From an uncultured Bacteroidia bacterium (GTDB lineage: Bacteria > Bacteroidota > Bacteroidia > J057 > CALLMJ01): a stretch of DNA of 61,994 nucleotides. Position 1 is the first letter of the stretch, and every line of letters starts with the position of its first letter. The translations under genes were made by a program, and so were the position numbers. A model generated the notes under the pieces. That model worked only from the letters and a program-made list of their open reading frames with translations, ran no database searches and was not told where the DNA came from. The stretch is taken from the NCBI GenBank assembly GCA_938006875.1, contig CALLMJ010000090.1, positions 1 to 61,994 on the forward strand, written 5' to 3'. Positions 9,535-18,882 of the stretch are shown here, in pieces.

Positions 9535-9542
9535 TATTTTTG
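9535..9542 (+). promoter_or_regulatory. -7 box (TAnnTTTG)
   Basis: TATTTTTG, 5 nt before the ATG at 9548. Confidence 0.45.
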
Positions 9543-9547
9543 CAATC

Positions 9548-10906
9548 ATGCAAAGCATATTAATTATAGATGATGAACGTAGTATTCGCAATATTTTAAA
9601 TGAAATTTTGCAATATGAGTCTTATCAAGTGGAAGATGCAAAAGATGGTTTAGAAGGTTTAGAAAAAATTAAAAACAAACATTACGACTTGGTGATTTGT
9701 GATATAAAAATGCCTGGAATTGATGGTTTAGAAGTTTTAGAAAAGGCAAAGGAATATCGTGAAGATATACAGTTTATTATGATTTCGGGTCATGGGACTA
9801 CAGAAACGGCTGTAGAGGCAACCAAAAAAGGTGCTTTTGATTATATAGAAAAACCACCCGATATGAATCGTTTGTTGGTTTCTGTAAGAAATGCTTTAGA
9901 AAAAAAATCGTTAGTAATAGAAGCCAAAACCCTAAAAAAGAAAATTTCTAAATCTACTTCTATAATCGGTGAATCAGAATCTTTACAAAATCTTTTAGAA
10001 ACTGCTCAAAAAGTAGCTTCAACAGAAGCAAGAGTATTAATTTTAGGACCTAATGGTTCGGGGAAAGAACTTTTTGCTAAATATATTCATGAAAATTCTA
10101 ATAGAAATAAATCTCCTTTAATTGAAGTAAATTGTGCGGCAATTCCTTCCGAACTGATTGAATCCGAATTATTTGGTCATGAAAAAGGTGCATTTACATC
10201 AGCTATAAAACAAAGAATAGGTAAATTTGAACAAGCTAATGGCGGTACGCTTTTTTTAGATGAAATTGGGGATATGTCCCTTTCTGCTCAAGCTAAAGTA
10301 TTAAGAGCATTACAAGAAAATAAAATTACACGAGTGGGTGGAGAAAAAGAAATACCTATAAATGTTCGTGTAATTGCGGCAACCAATAAAGATTTGCAAA
10401 AAGAAATTCTTTTAGGAAATTTTCGTGAAGATTTATACCATAGATTGGGTGTTGTAATTTTAAATATTCCTCCTCTAAAAGATAGGAAAGAGGATATTCC
10501 TTTGTTAGCTGAGCATTTTATTCAACAAATTTGTGATGAATATAATTATCCCTTAAAGACCATAGAAAGTAAAGCTTTGGAGTTATTAAAAATTCCAGAT
10601 TGGACGGGAAACATCCGTGAGTTTAGAAATGCTATGGAAAGGTTAGTCATTTTTTGTGATAAATCTATAACCGCAAAAGATATAGAAAAGTATGTATTGG
10701 CGAATAGTTTTAGTTCTAAAATTCATGAAGTTTATGAAAAATTTACGACATTAAATGAATTTTTAAATTTTTCTGAAAAAGAATTTATTACTAGAAAATT
10801 ATCAAAAAATCAATGGAATCCCCAAATTACAGCAGAAGAAATCATGATTTCATTAGAGGAACTGAATGAAAAAATACAAAAATTTCACATACAAAAACCA
10901 TCATAG
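9548..10906 (+). CDS. sigma-54-dependent response regulator (NtrC-family enhancer-binding protein)
   Basis: 452 aa. Receiver domain (IIDDE...DLVICDIKMPGIDG), AAA+ domain with Walker A GPNGSGKE, a GAFTSA loop, LFLDEIGDM, and a C-terminal Fis-type HTH. Confidence 0.9.
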   Translation: MQSILIIDDERSIRNILNEILQYESYQVEDAKDGLEGLEKIKNKHYDLVICDIKMPGIDGLEVLEKAKEYREDIQFIMISGHGTTETAVEATKKGAFDYIEKPPDMNRLLVSVRNALEKKSLVIEAKTLKKKISKSTSIIGESESLQNLLETAQKVASTEARVLILGPNGSGKELFAKYIHENSNRNKSPLIEVNCAAIPSELIESELFGHEKGAFTSAIKQRIGKFEQANGGTLFLDEIGDMSLSAQAKVLRALQENKITRVGGEKEIPINVRVIAATNKDLQKEILLGNFREDLYHRLGVVILNIPPLKDRKEDIPLLAEHFIQQICDEYNYPLKTIESKALELLKIPDWTGNIREFRNAMERLVIFCDKSITAKDIEKYVLANSFSSKIHEVYEKFTTLNEFLNFSEKEFITRKLSKNQWNPQITAEEIMISLEELNEKIQKFHIQKPS

Positions 10907-10983
10907 TGAAGAATGTGTTTTTATCAACAAATTTAGCGATAAATGATGTGGATATAAATTTTGAAAATAGTTGAAAATATTAT

Positions 10984-10991
10984 TAAATTTG
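10984..10991 (+). promoter_or_regulatory. -7 box (TAnnTTTG)
   Basis: TAAATTTG, 27 nt before the tpiA ATG at 11019. Confidence 0.45.
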
Positions 10992-11018
10992 CAAGAGTAA
11001 TCATAAAATCGCAAAAAC

Positions 11019-11774
11019 ATGTCAAGAAAACTAGTAGTAGGGAATTGGAAAATGAATTTAACTTTAGACCAATCTAAAGATTTAATACAAGAATTAGCAA
11101 ATAACGTACCTTTTCATGCTTATGTAGTTATTGCTGCACCCGTTGCATACTTACACCCTCTAAAAGATTTTATTGTTGGAAAAAGAAATATACATTTGGC
11201 TGCGCAAAATGTTCATCATGAGGAGTTCGGTGCCTTTACGGGTGAGCTATCTGCACCTATGTTAGCTTCTTTGGGTATTGAATATTGTATTGTAGGTCAT
11301 TCAGAAAGAAGAATTCATTTCAAAGAAAAAAATGAAGTTTTAGCTCAAAAAGTTACACAACTTTTAAATCATAATATTACTCCTATTTATTGTGTCGGAG
11401 AAAGTTTAGAGCAAAGAGAAAAAGGTAAAACCTTTGATGTAATCAAAAAACAGTTAAAAGAAGGTCTTTTTCATTTAACTTCTGAACAAATAGAGCAAGT
11501 AATCATTGCTTACGAGCCTATCTGGGCTATTGGTACTGGTAAAAATGCAACCCCAGAACAAGCAGAAGAAGTTCATGCTTTTATTAGAAAATATATTGCC
11601 AATAAATATGATGAAGATGTTGCTGATGAAATTCCTTTGTTATATGGAGGTTCAGTAACTACTCAAAATGCACAATCATTATTTGAAAAACCTAGTATTG
11701 ATGGCGGATTAGTAGGTGGTTCTAGTTTAAAATCTGAAGATTTTATCCAAGTCATTAAAGCAAATTTTCCTTAA
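11019..11774 (+). CDS. tpiA: triosephosphate isomerase
   Basis: 251 aa. VVGNWKMN, IVGHSERR, AYEPIWAIGTG, YGGSV. Confidence 0.95.
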   Translation: MSRKLVVGNWKMNLTLDQSKDLIQELANNVPFHAYVVIAAPVAYLHPLKDFIVGKRNIHLAAQNVHHEEFGAFTGELSAPMLASLGIEYCIVGHSERRIHFKEKNEVLAQKVTQLLNHNITPIYCVGESLEQREKGKTFDVIKKQLKEGLFHLTSEQIEQVIIAYEPIWAIGTGKNATPEQAEEVHAFIRKYIANKYDEDVADEIPLLYGGSVTTQNAQSLFEKPSIDGGLVGGSSLKSEDFIQVIKANFP

Positions 11775-11781
11775 TATTTGA

Positions 11782-12414
11782 ATGTTTGGGTTAGGACTTT
11801 TATTGTCTTATTTGCTGGGTTCTCTACCGTTCGCAATATGGATTAGTAAATATTTTTATCATACCGATATAAGAACTCTAGGTAGTGGAAACGCTGGTAG
11901 TACTAATATGTATAGAAATTTTGGTTTTAAAGCAGGCTTTTTTACCCAAATATTAGATATTCTCAAATCCTATCTCGCGACTTCATTACCGATTTTTTTA
12001 GATATTCATTTAGATTTACCCAATACAGTTATTTTATTAATTTTTGGTATCGTATCAGTGATTGGGCATGTATATCCTGTATTTGCTAATTTTCAAGGTG
12101 GTAAAGGAGTAAATTCTATATTAGGTATGATGTTAGCAATTGCTCCGCTTTACACTTTCTTATGTCTTTTGGTTTTTTTAGTGGTTTTATGGATTTGGGA
12201 ATACGTTTCTTTAGGCTCAATTTTAGCAACTTTAAGTTTTTTAATTTTTCAAATTATTGCTTATTGGTTAAACTATCCATTTGATTATATTTTGTTTTTA
12301 ACGGGAACGTTTTTATTTTTGTTTATTGTTTATACTCATCGCGAAAATATTCAAAGAATTAAAAATGGTAATGAGTCAAAAGCAAGTTTTATACAAAAAT
12401 TAAAAGAGAAATGA
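11782..12414 (+). CDS. plsY: glycerol-3-phosphate acyltransferase PlsY
   Basis: 210 aa polytopic membrane protein. GSGNAGSTN and GGKGV motifs. Confidence 0.9.
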   Translation: MFGLGLLLSYLLGSLPFAIWISKYFYHTDIRTLGSGNAGSTNMYRNFGFKAGFFTQILDILKSYLATSLPIFLDIHLDLPNTVILLIFGIVSVIGHVYPVFANFQGGKGVNSILGMMLAIAPLYTFLCLLVFLVVLWIWEYVSLGSILATLSFLIFQIIAYWLNYPFDYILFLTGTFLFLFIVYTHRENIQRIKNGNESKASFIQKLKEK

Positions 12415-13655
12415 GTAGTTTCAACGCCTATAAAAGTAATGACCCTAGCGTGCTTCTTGAACTCAAAAGACAAGAGTCCCAAGCTATTTTAGATATTGTT
12501 CGTTGCACTCAACCTAATATGCCCACACTCAATTTAATTATTATAGTCATGAATACCATTAGGGCTCAGTTGGGTGTAAAAAAATTATCATTGCTATTGT
12601 ACGATGAAATAACCGAAAAAATCAAAATTGAAAAAAATTTTGGTTTTAAATGGGAGTCAGAAATTAACTTTGATTTTTTAAAAGATATTTCAGAAATCAC
12701 AGAAGGAAAAAAAATTTCTTTTGAACCTTTTGATTCTCAAAAAGTTGAATTTATTATTCCTATTATAAGAAATTCAGTTCCTTTTGCTTGGTTTTTAATT
12801 GCTGATTTTGCTGAATCAGAAGAAGAAAAACTGAATGATTTAATATTTATAGAAACGGTTGGTACTATTCTGGTGATAGCTTTAGATAATGCAAAACTCT
12901 TTGAAAATCAAATGAAACAACAAAAAATTAATCAAGAGTTAGAATTAGCTGAAAAAATTCAAAGCCATTTATTACCCAGAAATTTATCCGTTCATCATCA
13001 ATTAGAAATTGCTACTTACATTAAAGCTCACTATAAAGTTGGTGGTGATTTTTTTGATATTATTAAAATGAATGATGATGAAGTATTTTTTTGCATAGCA
13101 GATGTCTCTGGTAAAGGTATATCTTCTGCTTTATTAGTTTCTAGTTTACAGGCTCATATTCACGCACATGTCGCAAGAAGCACAACCAAACCTTCCATAA
13201 AGTCTATCGTTGGTCACTTGAATAAAAGTTTATTTGAACTTACTAATGGCGAAAAATTTGTTACCATATTTTTAGGAATTATAAATTTTAAAAAAAAATC
13301 TATTAGCTACGTTAACGCAGGTCATAATCCTCCAATATTTTTATTAAAAAAGAAAATTGTTCATCTTGAAAATGGTTGTATTCCTTTAGGAATTATGCCT
13401 ATTACTAAAATTGAAGTAGGAAATTTACCCTTTTATGAAGGTGATATTTTATTCTGTTATACAGATGGATTTAATGAACAGGAAAACCCACAAGGAGAAC
13501 TTCTGGGTACACAACCCATTGTAGATTATCTAAAAAATACTCCTATTCATACTTCACAACAATTAATTGATGATGCTGTTTCTATTTATAATCAATTTAG
13601 AAAAGGTTTTGAACCTGCTGATGACACTACTTTATTAGTCCTTAAATTCCTATGA
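12411..13655 (+). CDS. GAF-domain PP2C/SpoIIE-family serine phosphatase
   Basis: 414 aa. C-terminal SpoIIE pattern: A.KIQ..LLP, GGDFFD, ADVSGKGISSAL, NAGHNPP, YTDGF. Shares an ATGA overlap with the plsY stop. Confidence 0.85.
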   Translation: MSSFNAYKSNDPSVLLELKRQESQAILDIVRCTQPNMPTLNLIIIVMNTIRAQLGVKKLSLLLYDEITEKIKIEKNFGFKWESEINFDFLKDISEITEGKKISFEPFDSQKVEFIIPIIRNSVPFAWFLIADFAESEEEKLNDLIFIETVGTILVIALDNAKLFENQMKQQKINQELELAEKIQSHLLPRNLSVHHQLEIATYIKAHYKVGGDFFDIIKMNDDEVFFCIADVSGKGISSALLVSSLQAHIHAHVARSTTKPSIKSIVGHLNKSLFELTNGEKFVTIFLGIINFKKKSISYVNAGHNPPIFLLKKKIVHLENGCIPLGIMPITKIEVGNLPFYEGDILFCYTDGFNEQENPQGELLGTQPIVDYLKNTPIHTSQQLIDDAVSIYNQFRKGFEPADDTTLLVLKFL

Positions 13656-14155
13656 TAAAAATTAATCATATCATCAATTTGCATGACGCACGTTTTGCAG
13701 CCGCAGAAAATGTAGATTTTATTTCTTTTGCTCTTGCAAAAGGTAATTTAAAAAAAATTGCTTTAACTACCTATCAAGACATTATACAGTGGATTTCTGG
13801 CACTTACTTGGTAGTAGATTTTGAAAATGATATTCATTCTCTATTAGATTTTTTAGACAAACAAATTCCTTATGATTTTTTGCAAACTCATGACGAAATT
13901 TTAAACCAAATTCCTATCGATTGCCATGAAAGATTAATAGTTTTTACTCAAAATAAAAACTCTGCTTTGGAACTCCTGAATAAAGGTTTGATTGTGGAAT
14001 CACTATGGAATATTGAACACGAAAAGCATTTTCAAATCATTAATTCTAAAACTCCTAAGCAGCAAAATAAAAATCATAGTTTAGATAATTCATTTTTTTT
14101 AGAAACTTATGAGCTTGATTATGAGCTATTTAATGAATGGAATCAAAATTTTTAA
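13652..14155 (+). CDS. hypothetical protein (weak N-terminal resemblance to phosphoribosylanthranilate isomerase-like TIM barrels)
   Basis: 167 aa. Shares an ATGA overlap with the upstream phosphatase gene. The only similarity seen is a loose TrpF-like pattern (KI..I..L.DA..AAE...DFI.F). Confidence 0.55.
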   Translation: MIKINHIINLHDARFAAAENVDFISFALAKGNLKKIALTTYQDIIQWISGTYLVVDFENDIHSLLDFLDKQIPYDFLQTHDEILNQIPIDCHERLIVFTQNKNSALELLNKGLIVESLWNIEHEKHFQIINSKTPKQQNKNHSLDNSFFLETYELDYELFNEWNQNF

Positions 14156-14208
14156 AAATAACTCTTGCGAAATTAATTTATTTGTTGTATTTTTGTCATC
14201 AAATTGAT

Positions 14209-14235
14209 AAAAGACCAATTGTCTTTTGTTTTAAT
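14209..14235 (+). terminator. weak candidate intrinsic terminator
   Basis: AAAAGAC-CAATT-GTCTTTT followed by GTTTTAATTTTTTT. The stem is short and AT-rich. Confidence 0.3.
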
Positions 14236-14268
14236 TTTTTTATTTGTTTTCATAGTTTTACATTATTG

Positions 14269-14297
14269 AAGAGGAGACATTAGTGCTCCTCTTTTTA
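14269..14297 (+). terminator. candidate intrinsic terminator of the tpiA-plsY-phosphatase operon
   Basis: AAGAGGAG-ACATTAGTG-CTCCTCTT followed by a T run. Confidence 0.5.
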
Positions 14298-14325
14298 TTA
14301 TTACAAAAATTCTTATAAAAAATGG

Positions 14326-14430
14326 ACTTCGGTAATTCTACGGTTATTGCGAAACGGGTCGTTGAGTAGCTTCGGTACAGCTTCGTCTAATCAGCCAACC
14401 CTAGCGAAGGATTGTCGTTGATAATTAACT
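14326..14430. repeat. GC-rich mosaic intergenic repeat, short copy A3
   Basis: CGGGTCGTTGAGTAGCTTCGGTACAGCTTCG parallels GCGGTTGTTGAGTAG...GCGGTACAGCTGCG of A1. The tail ATAATTAACT is an inverted copy of the A1 head motif AGTTAATTAT. Confidence 0.65.
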
Positions 14431-14480
14431 ATTTTGCTAAGATATAACAGCAATTCCAAATAAGAAATAAGATTTTATAC

Positions 14481-15143
14481 TTAGAAACTATAAAATAAAC
14501 CCATACCAAAACCACCTATTCTAATAGGTATAGGATTTACAGCTGTTGCAGATAGAAAACCTTTAGCATTTATGGGATTATAATAAAATTGAAAACCGTT
14601 ATTACCCATTCTACGAGATTTCCAATTGATTTCAGCAATAACGGTTGGAGCAGCATAAACTTGAGAAATTCTATCTCTTCTACCCGAAAAATCTACATAA
14701 GGTTGTAGTAAATAATTGAGAGCTATACCTCCACCTAAACCTAAACCTATCACTTGATTATTAAAAGGTGTTGCATTATTACCAACCCTAAATAAACCAT
14801 AAACAGGTAATCTTAATAAAGTACCAAAACCCAAATTGGAGAGCAAAAAGTCAAAATGCATTGCAGAAGCACCGCTTAGAGAAATCACATCATTACTATG
14901 CATTAAAACATAGTTTCCTTTTAAAGCTAAACCATACTGGGCAAGAGGTTCAGTAAAAACAGGTGTTATATTATCATCCAAAAAAACCGGTATAAAATCA
15001 TAGCAAATTCCCGTAGAAAAGCTGAATTTGTTGCTCCCTGATTTACTATTTTCTCTTAAATCACCTTGAGCATTTAAAATACTAGTATTCAATAAAAAGA
15101 ATAAAACTAACCCCCAAAAAATATTTTTCATATTGTTTACCAT
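14481..15143 (-). CDS. putative outer-membrane beta-barrel protein
   Basis: 220 aa. Signal peptide (MKNIFWGLVLFFLLNTSILNAQ), glycine/aromatic-rich alternating strands, and a C-terminal ...GLFYSF ending in Phe. An alternative ATG at 15131 would remove the 7-nt overlap with surE. Confidence 0.6.
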   Translation of the reverse strand: MVNNMKNIFWGLVLFFLLNTSILNAQGDLRENSKSGSNKFSFSTGICYDFIPVFLDDNITPVFTEPLAQYGLALKGNYVLMHSNDVISLSGASAMHFDFLLSNLGFGTLLRLPVYGLFRVGNNATPFNNQVIGLGLGGGIALNYLLQPYVDFSGRRDRISQVYAAPTVIAEINWKSRRMGNNGFQFYYNPINAKGFLSATAVNPIPIRIGGFGMGLFYSF

Positions 15144-15904
15144 TGAATTTTTTCTAATCGATTTTTTAATTCGTAATGAGTCATATCTAATTGAACAGGC
15201 ATCACAGAAACATAACCTTGTTTCAAGTAATATTCATCATAATCTAAGGATTCACCATTTTCTTTTAAATCTAAGTATCCACAAAGCCAATAATAAGACC
15301 TTCCGTGCGGGTCAACTCTTTTTTCGAATTCTTCAATAAATCTACCTTTGGATTGTCTTGTAACTTTAATACCTTTGATTTGGCTTAAAGGTAATTTAGG
15401 AATATTTACGTTTAACAATGACAAAGGAGGTAAGGGATTTTGTAAAACGTAGTTTACAATTTTATGGATAATAGGGATACAATGAGTAAAATCAGCATCA
15501 GGAGCAAAATCCATTAAAGAAAAAGCAATGGATTGATAACCTTGAATTGCAGCTTCCATGGCAGCAGCCAAAGTACCAGAATATAAAACAGAAACACTAG
15601 AATTAGAACCATGATTTATTCCAGAAACCACTAAATCAGGTTTAAAACCTACGACACCTGTTGCCATTTTTATACAATCTACGGGAGTACCTGTACAAGC
15701 ATAAGCCTCTCTCAAAGGGTCATAAGCTACTTTCGTAATTTTTAAAGGTTTATCTAAGGTAATAGCATGTGAAGCACCACTTCTACCAAATGCTGGAGCC
15801 ATAATGGATACATTACCAAAACCACTAACGGCATCAACCAATGCACGTAAACCTTTGGCTTGTATTCCATCATCATTCGTAGCTAAAATTTCTTGAATTT
15901 TCAT
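15137..15904 (-). CDS. surE: 5'/3'-nucleotidase SurE
   Basis: ILATNDDGI..KGL..L and SGINHG motifs. The track start at 15919 is a TTG codon. The ATG at 15904 lies 12 nt downstream of a TAATTTTG box. Confidence 0.9.
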   Translation of the reverse strand: MKIQEILATNDDGIQAKGLRALVDAVSGFGNVSIMAPAFGRSGASHAITLDKPLKITKVAYDPLREAYACTGTPVDCIKMATGVVGFKPDLVVSGINHGSNSSVSVLYSGTLAAAMEAAIQGYQSIAFSLMDFAPDADFTHCIPIIHKIVNYVLQNPLPPLSLLNVNIPKLPLSQIKGIKVTRQSKGRFIEEFEKRVDPHGRSYYWLCGYLDLKENGESLDYDEYYLKQGYVSVMPVQLDMTHYELKNRLEKIQW

Positions 15905-15916
15905 TTTATCAAAGTG

Positions 15917-15924
15917 CAAAATTA
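15917..15924 (-). promoter_or_regulatory. -7 box (TAnnTTTG)
   Basis: TAATTTTG on the minus strand, 12 nt before the surE ATG at 15904. Confidence 0.5.
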
Positions 15925-16026
15925 ATTTTTTTTGTTAAATAAATAGCAATGTTTTTCCACATAACAAAATTCAGGTTCTAATTTACTAACAACAATAAAA
16001 AAATTGTTATTAATATTGGATTTCTT

Positions 16027-16034
16027 TAATTTTG
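16027..16034 (+). promoter_or_regulatory. -7 box (TAnnTTTG)
   Basis: TAATTTTG, 15 nt before the ATG at 16050. Confidence 0.5.
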
Positions 16035-16049
16035 CGAACAAAATTATTT

Positions 16050-16937
16050 ATGAGTAAAATAGGTTGGCTTAGAATCCTTGTTTTGATGTTTCTTTGGAGT
16101 TGTGGTGGAAAAACCTCTACTCAACTCGAAGAACAAACTTCTAATGACCAAAGTAATATAACAATATCACCCAAAGATAAAGCAAAAATTGAGAAAATGA
16201 TTTACAGTATTCCCTCACCTGTTCAAGCGGCTTTATTATTAGAAAAAACTGGTGCTAGGTTTGATAATAAATATATGAATCCCGTTTCTAAAGTGTCTTC
16301 TTATCAAACTACTGCTCAAATTGCTTTGAATATTGGTGTTTATGGTGCTGACTTAGCTTATACAAATGTTTATAAAAAACATGTAGAAGCACTAAAATAC
16401 TTCTCAACTGTTCAAAAATTAGGAGATAAAATTGGTATTGGTTATATTTTTACTCCCGCATTAATTCAACGTTTTGAAAACAACCAAAATAATCAAGATT
16501 CTTTGATTTCTATTACTACCGATTCCTTCACAGAAGTTCATTCTCATTTGAAAAAAAATCAACAAGAAGAATTAATCGCATTGATGCTAGTAGGTGGTTG
16601 GATTGAAGCTTTATATATTTCTTGCCAGATTTGGGAAAATAATCCTTCTAAAGCCATTGGTACTTTAATTGCTGAACAAAAGTTTTCTTTGAATGATATC
16701 ATTGAAGTGATTAAAAGTTCTCCTAAAGTACCTGAATTAGATAAAATTTATAAAGATTTAAAGGAACTTCTTGCTGTTTATAATAAAATTCATGCTTCAT
16801 ATGCTTACGAAAAAACAGAACTAAAAAAAGAAAAAAATCTAGCTGTTATTGAAAACCAAACTAAATTAAAATTTAATAATTCTGATATCAAAAAAATATC
16901 TAAAATTACTGAAAAAATTCGCAATTCAATAATCTAA
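16050..16937 (+). CDS. hypothetical lipoprotein
   Basis: The track start at 16032 is a TTG inside the -7 box. The ATG at 16050 gives MSKIGWLRILVLMFLWSCGG, a lipobox-like signal peptide. Confidence 0.7.
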   Translation: MSKIGWLRILVLMFLWSCGGKTSTQLEEQTSNDQSNITISPKDKAKIEKMIYSIPSPVQAALLLEKTGARFDNKYMNPVSKVSSYQTTAQIALNIGVYGADLAYTNVYKKHVEALKYFSTVQKLGDKIGIGYIFTPALIQRFENNQNNQDSLISITTDSFTEVHSHLKKNQQEELIALMLVGGWIEALYISCQIWENNPSKAIGTLIAEQKFSLNDIIEVIKSSPKVPELDKIYKDLKELLAVYNKIHASYAYEKTELKKEKNLAVIENQTKLKFNNSDIKKISKITEKIRNSII

Positions 16938-16952
16938 ATTTATTTTACGCTA

Positions 16953-17384
16953 ATGAAAAAAATTTTCTTTTTAATCATATATTCTTGTATTTTATTAACA
17001 GAATGGAATTTGTTTGCTCAATGTGATGAAAGAGCAAACTCTTGCCTTCCAAAATTAAAGCCCTTTAATTCTAATGGTCAATATTATAGGGTTCAATTAG
17101 TAGAAAATGAAGTAGGAAAAATTCGATTGGTTTTTAATTCCAATTTAGTTTATAGAATCGCCTCATGTAATAAATCTAATGATGGTAAATCTTTAATTAT
17201 CAAAATTTTTGATATTAATGGTAAACAAGTTTTTAGTAACGAAAGTGATACAAGTAATTTTTGGGATATTCAATTTGGGGCTACTGCTCAATATACCATT
17301 CAAGCAAACTACCCTTCTGGAAGCGGCTGTGCAGCTCTTTTAGTAGGCTACTTACCTAAAGATAAATATTCTGAAGGAAAATAA
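16953..17384 (+). CDS. secreted hypothetical protein
   Basis: 143 aa. Signal peptide MKKIFFLIIYSCILLTEWNLFAQ. No recognisable motif. Confidence 0.6.
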   Translation: MKKIFFLIIYSCILLTEWNLFAQCDERANSCLPKLKPFNSNGQYYRVQLVENEVGKIRLVFNSNLVYRIASCNKSNDGKSLIIKIFDINGKQVFSNESDTSNFWDIQFGATAQYTIQANYPSGSGCAALLVGYLPKDKYSEGK

Positions 17385-17533
17385 TTATTCCCATATTTGA
17401 TAAACCCATCAAAATTGCCTTACCTGAAAAGTTACATCCTCAAAAAATATTAGAGTTCATGCCTCAAAAATTAACATTTAAAAATTCTTTTGATAAAATT
17501 TTAGAAAATTCCAACTAAAAATTAATTAATCGC

Positions 17534-17541
17534 TAATTTTG
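17534..17541 (+). promoter_or_regulatory. -7 box (TAnnTTTG)
   Basis: TAATTTTG, 15 nt before the ATG at 17557. Confidence 0.5.
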
Positions 17542-17556
17542 GTGTTTTATTCATTC

Positions 17557-18801
17557 ATGAATGATACTACTGAAATTTGGATTTTGTCCAATGGTATACC
17601 TGTAATTTCTCAAAATGAAAAAAATTCTCTAATTGTTCAAACTGGAATTGTTGCCAACGTAGGCACACGTGATGAACAAATTTCTCAAAATGGTATTGCT
17701 CATTTATTTGAGCATATGGTCTTTAAAGGCACTAAAAAAAGAAAGCCTTGGCATATCCTTAACTCCATTGATTCCGTTGGTGGAGAAATTAATGCTTTTA
17801 CTACTCGTGAAAAAACTTGTTTTCATACCATCACCACTAAACAACACCTAAAAAGATCTTTAGACCTACTTACAGATATAGTTTTTCATTCCAATTTCCC
17901 AGAAAAAGAATTTATTAAAGAAAAACAAGTAATATATGAAGAAATGGACATGTACTCAGATTTACCAGAAGAATCTATTTATGATGACTTTGAAAAATTA
18001 ATTTTCCCTAACCAGTCCTTAGGTTTACCGATATTAGGTACAAAAGAATCATTAGAAAGTATAAGTGTTCAAGATTTAACACAATTTCGTAATCAACATT
18101 ATACTACTCCCAATTTGGTTTTAAGTATTGTAGGAAGTTTTAGGAAAGATCTTTTAGAAAACTATTGTAAAAACTTTTTAGAACAAATTCCTATACCCCA
18201 AAATAAATATAAAAGACAAGCCCCCAAAATTTCCGAACCTTTTCATAAAGTATTACAAAAGCCTATCAATCAAGGGCATTATATTTTAGGAGGAGAAGCA
18301 TGTAGTTATTTTTCACAAGATTTTTATCCTTTTTCATTACTTATACATTATCTAGGCGGCGAAACAATGAATAATTTACTGAACCTAAATATCAGAGAAA
18401 AACATGGTTTATGTTATCATATCAATTCCTTTTTTGTTCCTTATCAAGATACAGGGATTTGGGGTATTTATGCAGGTTTTGATTTTAATAACTTCAAAAA
18501 ATTAGAAAAACTTATTTATAAAGAATTGAAAAATTTAATAGAAAACGGAATTACTCCAACAAAGCTGGAAAAAATCAAAAAACAATTCTTGGGACATTTA
18601 GTTTTATCAAATGAAAGCCGTTTCAATAGAATGCAAAACCAAGCAAAAAACTGGTTAGACTATGGTCGCTTAATAGAAATGAAAGAAATCATTGAAAATA
18701 TTGAAAAAATTTCTACATTTGAATTTCAAAAAATTGGAAATCAATATTTTAAATTAGAAAAATTAAGCTCAATTTTATATCAACCACAAAGTCAAGACTA
18801 A
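17557..18801 (+). CDS. M16-family (pitrilysin-like) zinc peptidase
   Basis: Inverted zincin motif HLFEHMVFKGT. The track start at 17539 is a TTG inside the -7 box. The ATG at 17557 lies 15 nt after TAATTTTG. Confidence 0.85.
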   Translation: MNDTTEIWILSNGIPVISQNEKNSLIVQTGIVANVGTRDEQISQNGIAHLFEHMVFKGTKKRKPWHILNSIDSVGGEINAFTTREKTCFHTITTKQHLKRSLDLLTDIVFHSNFPEKEFIKEKQVIYEEMDMYSDLPEESIYDDFEKLIFPNQSLGLPILGTKESLESISVQDLTQFRNQHYTTPNLVLSIVGSFRKDLLENYCKNFLEQIPIPQNKYKRQAPKISEPFHKVLQKPINQGHYILGGEACSYFSQDFYPFSLLIHYLGGETMNNLLNLNIREKHGLCYHINSFFVPYQDTGIWGIYAGFDFNNFKKLEKLIYKELKNLIENGITPTKLEKIKKQFLGHLVLSNESRFNRMQNQAKNWLDYGRLIEMKEIIENIEKISTFEFQKIGNQYFKLEKLSSILYQPQSQD

Positions 18802-18859
18802 TGTGAATTACATGTTAAAAAAAATATTTATTAAAAAGGATTTGAGAAAAAAAGTTGTT

Positions 18860-18867
18860 TAACTTTG
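18860..18867 (+). promoter_or_regulatory. -7 box (TAnnTTTG)
   Basis: TAACTTTG, 15 nt before the ATG at 18883. Confidence 0.5.
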
Positions 18868-18882
18868 CAGTAAAGCTTTATT

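Noticed and set aside
15905-15919. N-terminal extensions from TTG/GTG starts in the ORF track (15919, 16032, 17539, 20823, 23713, 33709, 54612).
   Set aside because: In each case an internal ATG gives a canonical N-terminus or signal peptide. In several cases the alternative start lies inside or upstream of the TAnnTTTG promoter box.
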